From an uncultured Eggerthellaceae bacterium (GTDB lineage: Bacteria > Actinomycetota > Coriobacteriia > Coriobacteriales > Eggerthellaceae), in assembly GCA_910588985.1 (NCBI GenBank), contig CAJURO010000003.1, forward strand, positions 10,169-74,168: a DNA stretch of 64,000 nt. Reading direction: 5' to 3'. Positions within the stretch are counted from its first letter, which is position 1, and every line of letters begins with the position of its first letter. The notes under the pieces are model-generated. The model made no database searches, was not told the DNA's origin, and saw nothing but the letters and a program-made list of their open reading frames with translations. A program made the translations under genes and the position numbers. Of the stretch, positions 1 through 9,576 are shown in pieces.

Positions 1-957
1 TTTGTGAGGGATGCAAGTGGAAACCTTGTTGGCGAAGCTGTGACAGAGATTCCAGCTGGTCACAGCGGCGAGGTTGCTCTGCATGCAAAGTGGGTGCCTG
101 TGGAGTATGCCATCACATATGTGATGAACGGTGGTTCCTGGGTCGACACTTCTCATACCCCTGCTGGTAGTTATACAGTCGAAGACAAGAATATATCTCT
201 TCCCGATGCGAGCAGCGTTATCCGCGCAGGTTGTAGGTTCAAGGGTTGGTTTGCAGCTCAGGACTTTTCTGGTGAAGCTGTGGTAGCGATCACAGAAGGG
301 TCAACAGGCGATAAGACATTCTACGCAAAGTGGGAGCAGGATCAGGTTTCTCCTCCTGGGTCCGATGATCCTGATTTATCCGATATCGTTCTCATCTCTC
401 TGACGCTTGGTTTTGACATGCAGCAGTCTATTGATTGGGCTGAAACAGATAAAAACCACTTATATGGTCGTATTGAGGTGCCGCGTTCGAAGATGCCCAC
501 GAAGCCAGAAGAATTTAAGCCGACCGTTCCCAACGATGTGGTCATTCACTCTATCTCAAAGCGGGCGCAAATGTCTGTTTTTGCTCATCCGCTAGTTGCT
601 TTTGCTACAGCGCGCGGTAGTTTGCAGCCTGAGCTATGGGATATCGTGTTGGGACATAAAGATGACCCGAGTCTGCAGAAGATATACACGTTAGAGCTAG
701 TCCCGATCGATGAGGAGACCCCTGGTACTGCACCTGATCCGACTCCAGGTTCTGACCCAACTCAAGGCTCTGAGCCCTCGTCTGATCAAACCCCTAAGCC
801 TGCTCAGCCGATTGACGACAACCTAGGGGCAAATCCGAGCCTTGCAAATACTGGTGACAGCGTTGATGATGCTACCTTGGTGCTCGGTTTGCTAGGTATC
901 TCTTTAGGTGTAGCATTGTTGGTCATTGGTCTTATCGTCCGCTCTCGGCGAGCATAA
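1..957 (+). CDS. C-terminal part of a sortase-anchored cell-surface protein (5' end outside the window)
   Basis: The frame is open from base 1. It contains a Listeria-Bacteroides (Flg_new-type) repeat (YAITYVMNGGSW...CRFKGWF...TFYAKW) and a Pro/Thr/Ser/Asp-rich stalk. The C-terminus has a LANTG sorting motif, a hydrophobic helix and a basic tail (RSRRA). Confidence 0.8.
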   Translation, partial: FVRDASGNLVGEAVTEIPAGHSGEVALHAKWVPVEYAITYVMNGGSWVDTSHTPAGSYTVEDKNISLPDASSVIRAGCRFKGWFAAQDFSGEAVVAITEGSTGDKTFYAKWEQDQVSPPGSDDPDLSDIVLISLTLGFDMQQSIDWAETDKNHLYGRIEVPRSKMPTKPEEFKPTVPNDVVIHSISKRAQMSVFAHPLVAFATARGSLQPELWDIVLGHKDDPSLQKIYTLELVPIDEETPGTAPDPTPGSDPTQGSEPSSDQTPKPAQPIDDNLGANPSLANTGDSVDDATLVLGLLGISLGVALLVIGLIVRSRRA

Positions 958-1232
958 AGCGTAAACATGAGGTAGGCAGAGGTGCTATAGGTAAGAAGGT
1001 CTTCAAAGTACATAGAGTATCAAGCAGGCGTTAGCGTAATGGCTTTTTGTACGGATGATCTTGCTGCTCTTGCCATTGGAAGCGCAAAGACGCGTTATAG
1101 CCAGTTTGGAGATGGGGGTGTGCTAGTGCAGGTCAAGATGCGGGTTTTGGCTCAATCGCTCGCTTCGATATGTAAGCTGGTATACTTTGCTCGAAATATA
1201 GGTTCTGCCACTTTCCGAACGGATAGGAAAAC

Positions 1233-2423
1233 ATGGATCAGTCGATAAACAAATCTATCCTTATCGTTGATGACAATGCGTTTAACAGAATGCGCCTTGT
1301 TGATATCCTTGCCAATAAGTACGACACCATTGAAGCTGAGAATGGTGTCGAGGCAATCAAGATCATGGGTGAACGTACTAGAGATATCCTACTTGTTATC
1401 CTGGATATCGTTATGCCCGAGATGGATGGATATGAGGTCTTGGCCAAGATGAACAAAGAGGGATGGATCGACTACATCCCCGTTATCATGGTGAGTGGCG
1501 AAGATGAGACGAACAACATCAAGCGAGCATACGACCTTGGTGCAACAGAATTCATTTCCAAGAGCCTTGATGATGAGATTGTCCATAAGCGTGTCGCAAA
1601 CGCTATCGAATTCTATCGTAAGCAGCGTCATCTCACCAATATGATCTCCAAGCAGTTGTTCGCGCGCGAGCATATCAGCAATCTTATGGTGAATATCCTT
1701 TCTCATATCGTAGAGTTTCGTAACGGTGAGAGTGGATTGCATGTTCTTCATATCGGCACCATCACTGAGATTCTTTTGAATAAGCTGATGGCTATGGAGG
1801 AGAGCCCTTACGAGCTCACGCGTTCTGAGGTTGCTATGATCTCGACCGCAAGCGCGCTTCATGATATCGGCAAAATTTCGATTCCTGAAGAAGTGCTTAA
1901 CAAGCCAGGGCGGCTTACCGACGAGGAGTTCGAGATCATAAAGCAGCATTCCGCCGTGGGTGCAGAGATGCTCGCGGATCTTCCTTTCCACAACGATGAG
2001 AAGCTTGTCACGACTGCTCATGATATTTGCCGTTGGCATCATGAGCGTTGGGATGGCGGGGGATATCCTGACGGGCTTCGGGGTGATGAGATTCCTATAT
2101 CTGCCCAGGTGGTGGCACTCGCCGATGTCTACGATGCCCTTACTTCTGAACGTGTCTATAAGCCTGCTTATTCACATCAGAAGGCAGTCGATATGATTCT
2201 TGGTGGTGAGTGCGGCGCGTTCAATCCTCTCTTGCTCGATTGCCTGCTTGAGGCACGGGACGAGATCAAGGATGCTGTTAACATCCAGTCGCTTACAGGG
2301 GTAAGCGAACGAGAGCTCAATAGCATGGCGGCTGAGATCGATTCCAATGAGTTTCTATCCGACGGCGAGAAGGCGGATATGCTACGTGACATCTGGAATC
2401 TTGCAAACGATATGAGCTACTAA
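1233..2423 (+). CDS. Response regulator with HD-GYP output domain (putative c-di-GMP phosphodiesterase)
   Basis: N-terminal receiver domain (ILIVDDN ... LDIVMPEMDG) is fused to an HD-GYP domain (ALHDIGK ... HHERWDGGGYP). Confidence 0.85.
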   Translation: MDQSINKSILIVDDNAFNRMRLVDILANKYDTIEAENGVEAIKIMGERTRDILLVILDIVMPEMDGYEVLAKMNKEGWIDYIPVIMVSGEDETNNIKRAYDLGATEFISKSLDDEIVHKRVANAIEFYRKQRHLTNMISKQLFAREHISNLMVNILSHIVEFRNGESGLHVLHIGTITEILLNKLMAMEESPYELTRSEVAMISTASALHDIGKISIPEEVLNKPGRLTDEEFEIIKQHSAVGAEMLADLPFHNDEKLVTTAHDICRWHHERWDGGGYPDGLRGDEIPISAQVVALADVYDALTSERVYKPAYSHQKAVDMILGGECGAFNPLLLDCLLEARDEIKDAVNIQSLTGVSERELNSMAAEIDSNEFLSDGEKADMLRDIWNLANDMSY

Positions 2424-2448
2424 AAATCTGAGGGAATGGAGCATTTCA

Positions 2449-2811
2449 ATGGATGATTTGAATGTAAAGCTCGAAAAGCTCTATAAAGAGGGAAATGGTG
2501 ACTACAGCGGCGTTTTGGGGCGCATGCGTACACCTGAGCGTGTTGCTAAGTTCCTCGGATTCTTCGCTCAGGATCCGAGCTATGAAACCCTCCGCGCTTC
2601 TGTCGAGAGCAATGATTGGGACAACGCATTCCGTGCAGCCCATACGCTCAAAGGCGTTGCAAGCGATATGGGGTTTGCTGATCTCTCTACAGCGGCAAGC
2701 AATGTAACGGAGGAGTTTCGTGCGAAGCGATATGAGGAGGGTGTTTTGCTCATGCCGCTTGTCGATGAGTACTACAAGCTTGCTGCCGATGCGATTGCCG
2801 CTAATCTCTAG
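2449..2811 (+). CDS. Stand-alone Hpt (histidine phosphotransfer) domain protein
   Basis: 120-aa ORF with AAHTLKGVASDMGF, which matches the HxxKG phospho-histidine motif of Hpt domains. It lies immediately downstream of the response regulator. Confidence 0.7.
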   Translation: MDDLNVKLEKLYKEGNGDYSGVLGRMRTPERVAKFLGFFAQDPSYETLRASVESNDWDNAFRAAHTLKGVASDMGFADLSTAASNVTEEFRAKRYEEGVLLMPLVDEYYKLAADAIAANL

Positions 2812-2833
2812 GATCACGCTTCTTTCAGCATGA

Positions 2834-2865
2834 AGAGCACCCCGTGTAGGTGTTCTCTTTCTTTC
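2834..2865 (+). terminator. Putative intrinsic terminator after the Hpt gene
   Basis: Stem AGAGCACC/GGTGTTCT (8 bp, one G-U), 7-nt loop, followed by CTTTCTTTC. Confidence 0.45.
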
Positions 2866-2972
2866 GATGCAGAGGGTTCGTTAGAATGCCCTTTCGAACG
2901 CCTGCTCAACGTACCTGTCATCTTCCTTGCTTTGATATCATGTATGCGTACTCATACTGAAAGCGAGCGAAT

Positions 2973-3284
2973 ATGACACAACATCTCACAGAGTCTGATG
3001 TGGCGCTCATTGCGGAATACACGCGTATTGGCATGACACCCGATGAAGTTGCGCGGATGACTGTGGATCTGAATGCGATCATCGATAGCCTCTCTCCCAT
3101 AACCGAATATGACCTTGATGGCGTTGAACCTACGTTCCATCCGATCGGAACGCTTTCGAATGTGATGAGAGAGGACGTCGTCGGGGAGAGCTTCTCTCAG
3201 CAGACAGCACTTGAGAATGCTCCGAAGCAGCAGGATGGCCAATTCCTGATCCCCGCTATTCTTTCCGATGGGGGTGATAGATGA
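2973..3284 (+). CDS. gatC: Asp/Glu-tRNA amidotransferase subunit C
   Basis: 103-aa ORF directly upstream of gatA with an ATGA start/stop overlap. Size and position are typical of GatC. Confidence 0.85.
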   Translation: MTQHLTESDVALIAEYTRIGMTPDEVARMTVDLNAIIDSLSPITEYDLDGVEPTFHPIGTLSNVMREDVVGESFSQQTALENAPKQQDGQFLIPAILSDGGDR

Positions 3285-4783
3285 TGAGCGTTTCTTCCTC
3301 CTTCGCTCATATGGGAATCGCTGAGATCCACGCGGGTCTTGCGAACAAAGAGTTCAGTGCAAAAGAGCTTACGACCAGCGTTCTCTCGAATATAGAAGAG
3401 AACGATAAGGATATCCATTCATTCCTTGAAGTCACTCCTGATCTTGCGATGGCTTCAGCAGAAGTGGTTGATGCGCGCATTGCGAAGGGGGAATTTGAGC
3501 AAGCTGGCATCCTTGCGGGCATTCCTATTGGTTACAAGGACAACATGAACCTTATCGGCACGCATACGACATGCTCGTCGAACATGCTCGAAGGTTATGT
3601 TTCACCTTATACGGCAACATGCGTTCAACGTACGATCGACGCAGGTGCTATTCCTATTGGAAAGCTCAACATGGATGAGTTCGCTTTCGGTTCTTCAACA
3701 GAGACAAGCGCCTTTGGCCCTACGCTCAATCCTTGGGACACCCAGCGTGTTCCTGGCGGCTCGTCAGGAGGGAGCGCTGCAGCGGTTGCGGCGGGGCTCG
3801 TGCCTGTGACGCTTGGGTCTGATACCGGTGGTTCGATACGCCAACCTGCATCATTCTGTGGCGTCATCGGCGTGAAACCAACGTATGGCATGGTCTCGCG
3901 TTATGGCATCGTTGCTTTCGGCAGCTCCCTTGATCAAGTCGGTCCCTTCTCACGAAACGTGCACGATGCTGCTGTCTGCCTCAATGCGATCTCTGGGCAT
4001 GATCCCCTCGATTGCACAAGTCAAGATATCAAGACCGATTTCACTGTTGGACTCGACCGTGGCGTTGAGGGAATGCGCATTGGCTATGTTCCAGCCTTCC
4101 TTGAGGCACAAGGGCTTACACCAGAGGTGAGGCGCAAGATCGAAGAGGTGATAGACAAGCTTCGCGAAGCAGGTGCTGAGCTCGTCGAGATCGAGCTACC
4201 CAATGCGAAGGCTGCGATCAGTGCTTATTATGTCCTTGGACCATGTGAGGCATTCAGCAATCTTGCTCGATTTGATTCAGTTCGCTATGGGTTCTGTGAC
4301 CCAGGACATGCTGATATGGGTGGTCAGTATGAAGCGAGCCGTGCAAAAGGCTTTGGAGATGAAGCGCGACGACGCATCATGCTGGGCTCGTATCTTCTCT
4401 CATCAGGCGTGTATGACACGTATTACTATCCTGCACAGCAAGTGCGCACCCTTATCACCGAAGATTACCTGCGCGCATATGAGAAGGTTGATTGCATCAT
4501 TGCCCCTTGCGCGCCGCGCACAGCCTTCAAGTTCGGCGAGATCGCCGATCCAACGCAAATGTACCTTGCTGATATGTTCACGATCTCCATCAATATCGCT
4601 GGCAATGGTGGTATGAGCGTGCCGATCGGCCTTGGCGATGAAACAGGGCTTCCTATCGGTGCTCAATTGATCTGTCCCGCATTCAAAGATGAAACCATGT
4701 TGCGCGTTGCAGCTGCTCTTGAAAGGATCTACGGTCCAGCAGAGGTTGCACCTGCATTCGCTCTTAACTCTGATAAGGAATAA
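3281..4783 (+). CDS. gatA: Asp/Glu-tRNA amidotransferase subunit A
   Basis: Amidase signature blocks GGSSGGSAAAVA and GSDTGGSIRQPA. 500 aa, located between gatC and gatB. Confidence 0.95.
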   Translation: MMSVSSSFAHMGIAEIHAGLANKEFSAKELTTSVLSNIEENDKDIHSFLEVTPDLAMASAEVVDARIAKGEFEQAGILAGIPIGYKDNMNLIGTHTTCSSNMLEGYVSPYTATCVQRTIDAGAIPIGKLNMDEFAFGSSTETSAFGPTLNPWDTQRVPGGSSGGSAAAVAAGLVPVTLGSDTGGSIRQPASFCGVIGVKPTYGMVSRYGIVAFGSSLDQVGPFSRNVHDAAVCLNAISGHDPLDCTSQDIKTDFTVGLDRGVEGMRIGYVPAFLEAQGLTPEVRRKIEEVIDKLREAGAELVEIELPNAKAAISAYYVLGPCEAFSNLARFDSVRYGFCDPGHADMGGQYEASRAKGFGDEARRRIMLGSYLLSSGVYDTYYYPAQQVRTLITEDYLRAYEKVDCIIAPCAPRTAFKFGEIADPTQMYLADMFTISINIAGNGGMSVPIGLGDETGLPIGAQLICPAFKDETMLRVAAALERIYGPAEVAPAFALNSDKE

Positions 4784-4786
4784 GCC

Positions 4787-6379
4787 ATGCAGACGCTTGA
4801 GAATGTGCTGAGAAAATGGGAGCCCGTCATCGGGCTTGAGATCCATACCGAGCTCACAACGCTTGAAACGAAGATGTTCTGCGGGTGCAAGCTTGAATTC
4901 GGTGCAGAGCCGAATACGAACACCTGCCCTGTCTGCCTTGGGCTTCCTGGTGCTCTTCCTGTTCCAAACAAGGCGGCGATCGAGTCTATCGTGCTTGCTG
5001 GGCTTGCTACGAACTGCGAGATCGAAAAGGATACGATGTTCTATCGTAAGAACTACATGTATCCCGACATGGCCAAGAACTTCCAGACTACCCAAGGGCC
5101 TCTTGCCTTTTGCATGCGAGGGCATCTTGATCTTGAGATCGACGGCAAGGGTGCTGATGAGCGCTATGGCATAGACGATGTCAAGGTCGGCGAGAGCTTC
5201 GAGAACATCACACGTTGTGAGGGCGGCTATGTCGCGCACGTTGGCATCACGCGCATCCACATGGAAGAGGATGCAGGCAAGATGGTCCATATCGGAGGAT
5301 CTGAGGGTCGAATCGCAGGGGCAACGCATTCGCTTGTTGATTACAATCGTGCAGGCACTCCGCTCATGGAGCTTGTTACCGAGCCTGATCTTCGCACACC
5401 CGAGGAAGCGCGCCGATTCATGCAGAAGCTCCGTCAGATCTACCTCACGCTTGGGATCTCGAATTGCTCAATGGAAGAGGGGAGCATGCGCTGCGATGGC
5501 AATATCTCCTTGCGCAGGCGTGGTACGCATGAGCTTGGAACCAAGACTGAGCTCAAGAACCTGAACTCCTTCAAGAGCTTGCACGATGGGCTGATGTATG
5601 AGATCTTGCGCCAAGCTGACGTGCTTGATGAAGGGGGTGTCATCTATCAAGAGACACGGCATTGGGACCCATCCGCGAAGCGCACGATCGTCATGCGTGT
5701 GAAAGAGACAGCGGATGACTATCGTCTTTTCCCTGAGCCTGATCTCGCTCCTTATCATCTGAGCGACGAGTTCATCGAGCGTGTTCGCGCGAAGTTGCCT
5801 GAGCTTCCCGACGAGATGGCAGCGCGCATTAAAGATGCCTATGGGCTTTCTGCCTATGATGCCTCACATCTGGTTGAGCATCGTGCAACTGCTTCGCTCT
5901 TCGATGCTGCAGCGAGCCTCATCCCTGATGATGCATCAGCTTCTCAGCGCGCTTTGGTCGCGAAGCAGCTGGCGAACTTCATCATCAACGACGTCACAGC
6001 ATGGCTCAATGCTGAGCCAGATGTCGATCTTGCCTCATCGCCGCTTACCCCTGAGCGCCTATTCGAGCTTTCGATGCTTCTTGTTGATGAGACGATTTCA
6101 TCAAAGCAGGCAAAGGAAGTGTTCACTGCCATCATCGACGAAGATAAGGATCCTCGTGAGATCGTTGCCGAGCGTGGCATGGAGCAGGTGTCTGATGCTG
6201 GAGCAATCGAGGCGGTCATCGATTCGATCCTTGCGGAGAATCCTGACAAGGTCGATCAATATCGAGGGGGGAAGACGGGGCTTATCGGCTTCTTCGTTGG
6301 CCAATGCATGAAGGCCATGCAAGGGCAGGGCAACCCCAAACTCATCAATGAGATGCTCGAGAAGAAACTTTCCGAATAA
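4787..6379 (+). CDS. gatB: Asp/Glu-tRNA amidotransferase subunit B
   Basis: IGLEIHTEL, KMFCGC and CPVCLGLPGALP blocks, plus a C-terminal YqeY-like tail. 530 aa. Confidence 0.95.
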   Translation: MQTLENVLRKWEPVIGLEIHTELTTLETKMFCGCKLEFGAEPNTNTCPVCLGLPGALPVPNKAAIESIVLAGLATNCEIEKDTMFYRKNYMYPDMAKNFQTTQGPLAFCMRGHLDLEIDGKGADERYGIDDVKVGESFENITRCEGGYVAHVGITRIHMEEDAGKMVHIGGSEGRIAGATHSLVDYNRAGTPLMELVTEPDLRTPEEARRFMQKLRQIYLTLGISNCSMEEGSMRCDGNISLRRRGTHELGTKTELKNLNSFKSLHDGLMYEILRQADVLDEGGVIYQETRHWDPSAKRTIVMRVKETADDYRLFPEPDLAPYHLSDEFIERVRAKLPELPDEMAARIKDAYGLSAYDASHLVEHRATASLFDAAASLIPDDASASQRALVAKQLANFIINDVTAWLNAEPDVDLASSPLTPERLFELSMLLVDETISSKQAKEVFTAIIDEDKDPREIVAERGMEQVSDAGAIEAVIDSILAENPDKVDQYRGGKTGLIGFFVGQCMKAMQGQGNPKLINEMLEKKLSE

Positions 6380-6470
6380 CGGAATCATCCTAAACTTTAT
6401 TACTCTACTGTGCTAAAGTAATTGAGCTTTATCAAATGCCGCGATCGGATACCACTGCTCGCGGCACGAT

Positions 6471-8240
6471 ATGAGGAGTGAATCAAGAGTGTTCCTTGCT
6501 ACACCATCAGGGTTCAGAGATGTTCTGCCAGATGAGGCACAAGAGCGTGAGCAGATCGTTCGGCGCGTTCAAGATCTGTTCGCTGAGAATGGTTTTCTTC
6601 CGATCGAAACGCCTACGCTTGAGGTCATGGATGTTGTCAACATGGGTTCGCGTCTCTCAAAGACGCCTTTCCGCTTCTTCGATGCACAAGGCGATCTCCT
6701 CGCTCTGAGACCAGATGTCACGTCGCAGGTATCGCGCATGGTTGCATCACGCTTGCCGGATACCGATGAATCCTTGCGATTGCGTTATACCCAGCGTGTC
6801 TTTCGCGAATCTGACCAGGACGGTATGGCTTCTTCGCGTGAGATCACGCAAATGGGGGTCGAATGCATCAACGAGGATTCACCAAGCGTTGATGCTGAGC
6901 TTATCGGGCTTATGATAAAGGCGCTCCATGCTGCTGGTGTGTCCACCCTCTTGATCGGCCTTGCCTCTGTTAGCCCCTTACGTCAGCTTCTCGATCGCGC
7001 AGGAGCTGATGAGCAATGGAAGAGCAGCATTCTGGAGGCATACCATACCTCTGATTTCGTCCTTCTTGATGAGCTCTGCAACAACGTTATCCAGGCAAAG
7101 GGAGCTCCAAGTACGATCGCGCCTGCCTATGCAGATGCGATAAAGGCGCTCGCGCGAGTTCGTGGTGGGAAGGAAGCTATCGATAAGGCGCGCGCGATCG
7201 CTGCTCCGCTCGGATGCACTGATGGGCTGGATGCGCTTGCTGAGATCTATGAGCATCTGGAAGGCGAGGGGCTTGCTGAGGCCTTGCTGATAGATTTCTC
7301 TATCATCTCGTCGTTCGATTACTATACAGGTGTTGTCTTCGAGTGCTTTTCCCCACACTTGGGAGCTGCTATTGGAAGCGGTGGGCGCTATGACAACATG
7401 ATCTCCGCTTACGGCACGTCTCGTCCAGCAGCAGGTTTCGCGTTCAGCTTGGAACAAGCCATGGCGGCACGCGCTGCTGAGGAGGATCTTTTCGAGACCA
7501 CGTCGCTCAAGGGCTCTGATGACCTATCCTGCGCATCCTCTGAAAAGAAGGACAAGGAAATAAAGGGGAAACGTCCTTTGAGGATAGCGGTTCCCAAAGG
7601 AGCGCTCAGCAACGATGCGATCACAACGCTCTCTGCTGCAGGGCTTGATGTTGGCTCTCTGGCAAATCCTGGTCGTCAGCTTGTCATAGAGACACCTGAT
7701 GTTCACTACATCATAGTGAGACCTTCCGATGCTCCTGCCTTCGTTGCCTTCGGGGCAGCTGATTGCGGCATATGCGGCAAGGATTCGCTCCTTGAAGCAG
7801 ATGCGTCTGTCGTGGAGCTCGTCGACCTTGGCTTCGGTGCGTGCCGTTTCGTCGTGGCCGAGCCTCATGGCACTGCTGCACGCATCAATGAGCGTTATCG
7901 TAAGCTCGGCTCCATTCGCATTGCTACGAAGTATCCTAATGTGACACGAGCCTACTATGCGCGCACGGGCGTGCAGGTCGACATCGTGAAGCTTCATGGC
8001 AACATTGAGCTTGCTCCTCTCTGTGGCATGGCCGATCGCATCGTCGACATCACCGCTACGGGCAATACGCTTCGCCAGAACGACCTTGTGATCGTTGACG
8101 AGGTGCTCGCCTCTACTGCACGCTTCTTTGCGAATGCCGCGTCCTTGCGTACTGATGAGCGTGTTGTGGAACTTGCCCGTAAGCTTATGGATGTTCGTGA
8201 TGAGCAGGATTTTTTGCCGATCGCAGGCGGGGATTTTTAA
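6471..8240 (+). CDS. hisZ-hisG: Fused HisZ (regulatory, HisRS-like) and short-form HisG ATP phosphoribosyltransferase
   Basis: N-terminal ~340 aa is HisRS-like without an anticodon domain (PSGFRDVLPDE, LRLRYTQRVFR, GGRYD). A Ser/Lys-rich linker follows. The C-terminal ~220 aa is HisG-S-like (LRIAVPKGAL, DCGICGKD, IATKYPN, LHGNIELAPLCGMADRIVDITATGNTLRQN). An alternative GTG start at 6489 has a better-spaced GAGGAG. Confidence 0.85.
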   Translation: MRSESRVFLATPSGFRDVLPDEAQEREQIVRRVQDLFAENGFLPIETPTLEVMDVVNMGSRLSKTPFRFFDAQGDLLALRPDVTSQVSRMVASRLPDTDESLRLRYTQRVFRESDQDGMASSREITQMGVECINEDSPSVDAELIGLMIKALHAAGVSTLLIGLASVSPLRQLLDRAGADEQWKSSILEAYHTSDFVLLDELCNNVIQAKGAPSTIAPAYADAIKALARVRGGKEAIDKARAIAAPLGCTDGLDALAEIYEHLEGEGLAEALLIDFSIISSFDYYTGVVFECFSPHLGAAIGSGGRYDNMISAYGTSRPAAGFAFSLEQAMAARAAEEDLFETTSLKGSDDLSCASSEKKDKEIKGKRPLRIAVPKGALSNDAITTLSAAGLDVGSLANPGRQLVIETPDVHYIIVRPSDAPAFVAFGAADCGICGKDSLLEADASVVELVDLGFGACRFVVAEPHGTAARINERYRKLGSIRIATKYPNVTRAYYARTGVQVDIVKLHGNIELAPLCGMADRIVDITATGNTLRQNDLVIVDEVLASTARFFANAASLRTDERVVELARKLMDVRDEQDFLPIAGGDF

Positions 8241-8265
8241 CTGAGCGCATGAAGAGAAGGGATGC

Positions 8266-9576
8266 TTGACAATGCGCATGATAGAGATGAAACCAAACGA
8301 GCCGTTCCGTAAGGAGCTCTTGAAGCGATCAGGAGCTTTCAATGCTGATGCGCTTTCAAGTGCGCTTAAGATCGTTGAAGATGTGCGCGAGAGGGGCGAC
8401 GCTGCGCTCTTCGAGCTTACTGAGCGCTTCGATGGGGTGAAGCTTGAAAGCTTGCGGGTAACGCAAGACGAGATCGAGGCTGCAATCAACAGGATCGATG
8501 CGGACCTTTATGCGGCGCTCAAGAAGGCAACGCTTCAGATCAAATCCTTTCATGAACGGCAGGTTCAGCAAAGCTGGTTCTTCGCTCGGGAGGATGGAGC
8601 TCTCGTAGGAGCGAAGGTGACGCCGCTCGACTCTGTTGGAGTGTATGCCCCAGGCGGCCGTGCGCTCTACCCGTCAAGCGTTCTCATGAACACGATACCA
8701 GCAAGCGTGGCAGGGGTTAAACGGATCGTTTGCGTTACGCCTCCTACCAAAGATGGCTCGATCGATGATGCGCTTTTGGTCGCGTGCAAGCTAGGAGGTG
8801 CCACAGAGATCTACAAGGTCGGTGGTGCACAAGCCATTGCGGCGCTTGCCTATGGAACCGAATCGATTGGTCCTGTCGATAAGATAACAGGACCAGGCAA
8901 TGCCTTCGTTGCTGCGGCGAAGAAGATCGTCTCTGGCGATGTGGGCATCGATATGATCGCTGGTCCATCTGAGGTATGCGTTGTGGCAGATGAGAGCGCA
9001 GATCCTTCCCTTGTTGCCATCGATCTGATGGCGCAGGCAGAGCATGATCCTTTAGCTGCATGCTACCTGGTTTGCTTCTCCGCAGATCAAGCACACGATA
9101 TCGAGACAGCAATAGCAAAGCATATGAAGGCATCAACACGCGCGGACATTACCCATGAGTCTCTTGAGACACAAGGCCTGATCGTTGTATGCGAAGACAT
9201 GGAGCAAGCAGTCGAAGCTGTGAATGTCATCGCCCCTGAGCATCTTGAGCTCCATGTTTCCGATCCTTTCGATGTGCTCGGACAGATTCGCAATGCTGGC
9301 GCTATCTTCTTGGGCGCCTGGACGCCTGAAGCGGTGGGAGATTACGTGGCGGGTCCCAATCACACGCTTCCAACAGGAGGCACAGCTCGCTATGCGTCTC
9401 CTCTCTCGGTGGATGAGTTCATCAAGAAGAGTTCTATCATCCAGTACAGCAAGGAAGCTCTTTTGAATGATGGCTCAACCGTGATGAGGATCGCAGCTCA
9501 TGAGGGACTGTGGGCGCATGCGCAATCCGTTGCCCTGCGCCTCAAAGACGATCTCTATCAGATGGACGGCAAATAA
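8266..9576 (+). CDS. hisD: Histidinol dehydrogenase
   Basis: HisD blocks (GGAQAIAALAYGT, AQAEHD, GDYVAGPNHTLPT). TTG start as in the ORF track. In-frame ATGs at 8272 and 8278 are alternatives. Confidence 0.93.
   Translation: MTMRMIEMKPNEPFRKELLKRSGAFNADALSSALKIVEDVRERGDAALFELTERFDGVKLESLRVTQDEIEAAINRIDADLYAALKKATLQIKSFHERQVQQSWFFAREDGALVGAKVTPLDSVGVYAPGGRALYPSSVLMNTIPASVAGVKRIVCVTPPTKDGSIDDALLVACKLGGATEIYKVGGAQAIAALAYGTESIGPVDKITGPGNAFVAAAKKIVSGDVGIDMIAGPSEVCVVADESADPSLVAIDLMAQAEHDPLAACYLVCFSADQAHDIETAIAKHMKASTRADITHESLETQGLIVVCEDMEQAVEAVNVIAPEHLELHVSDPFDVLGQIRNAGAIFLGAWTPEAVGDYVAGPNHTLPTGGTARYASPLSVDEFIKKSSIIQYSKEALLNDGSTVMRIAAHEGLWAHAQSVALRLKDDLYQMDGK

Noticed and set aside
1039-1248. 69-aa ORF in the gap between the surface-protein gene and the response regulator.
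   Set aside because: No motif and no convincing Shine-Dalgarno. It overlaps the regulator start out of frame. This is more likely promoter or leader DNA.
6438-6465. Perfect 7-bp hairpin (GCCGCGA/TCGCGGC) just upstream of the his operon, considered as an attenuator or His T-box.
   Set aside because: The leader is only about 90 nt. It has no U-tract, no Stem I features and no His-codon-rich leader peptide. There is not enough evidence for a regulatory call.
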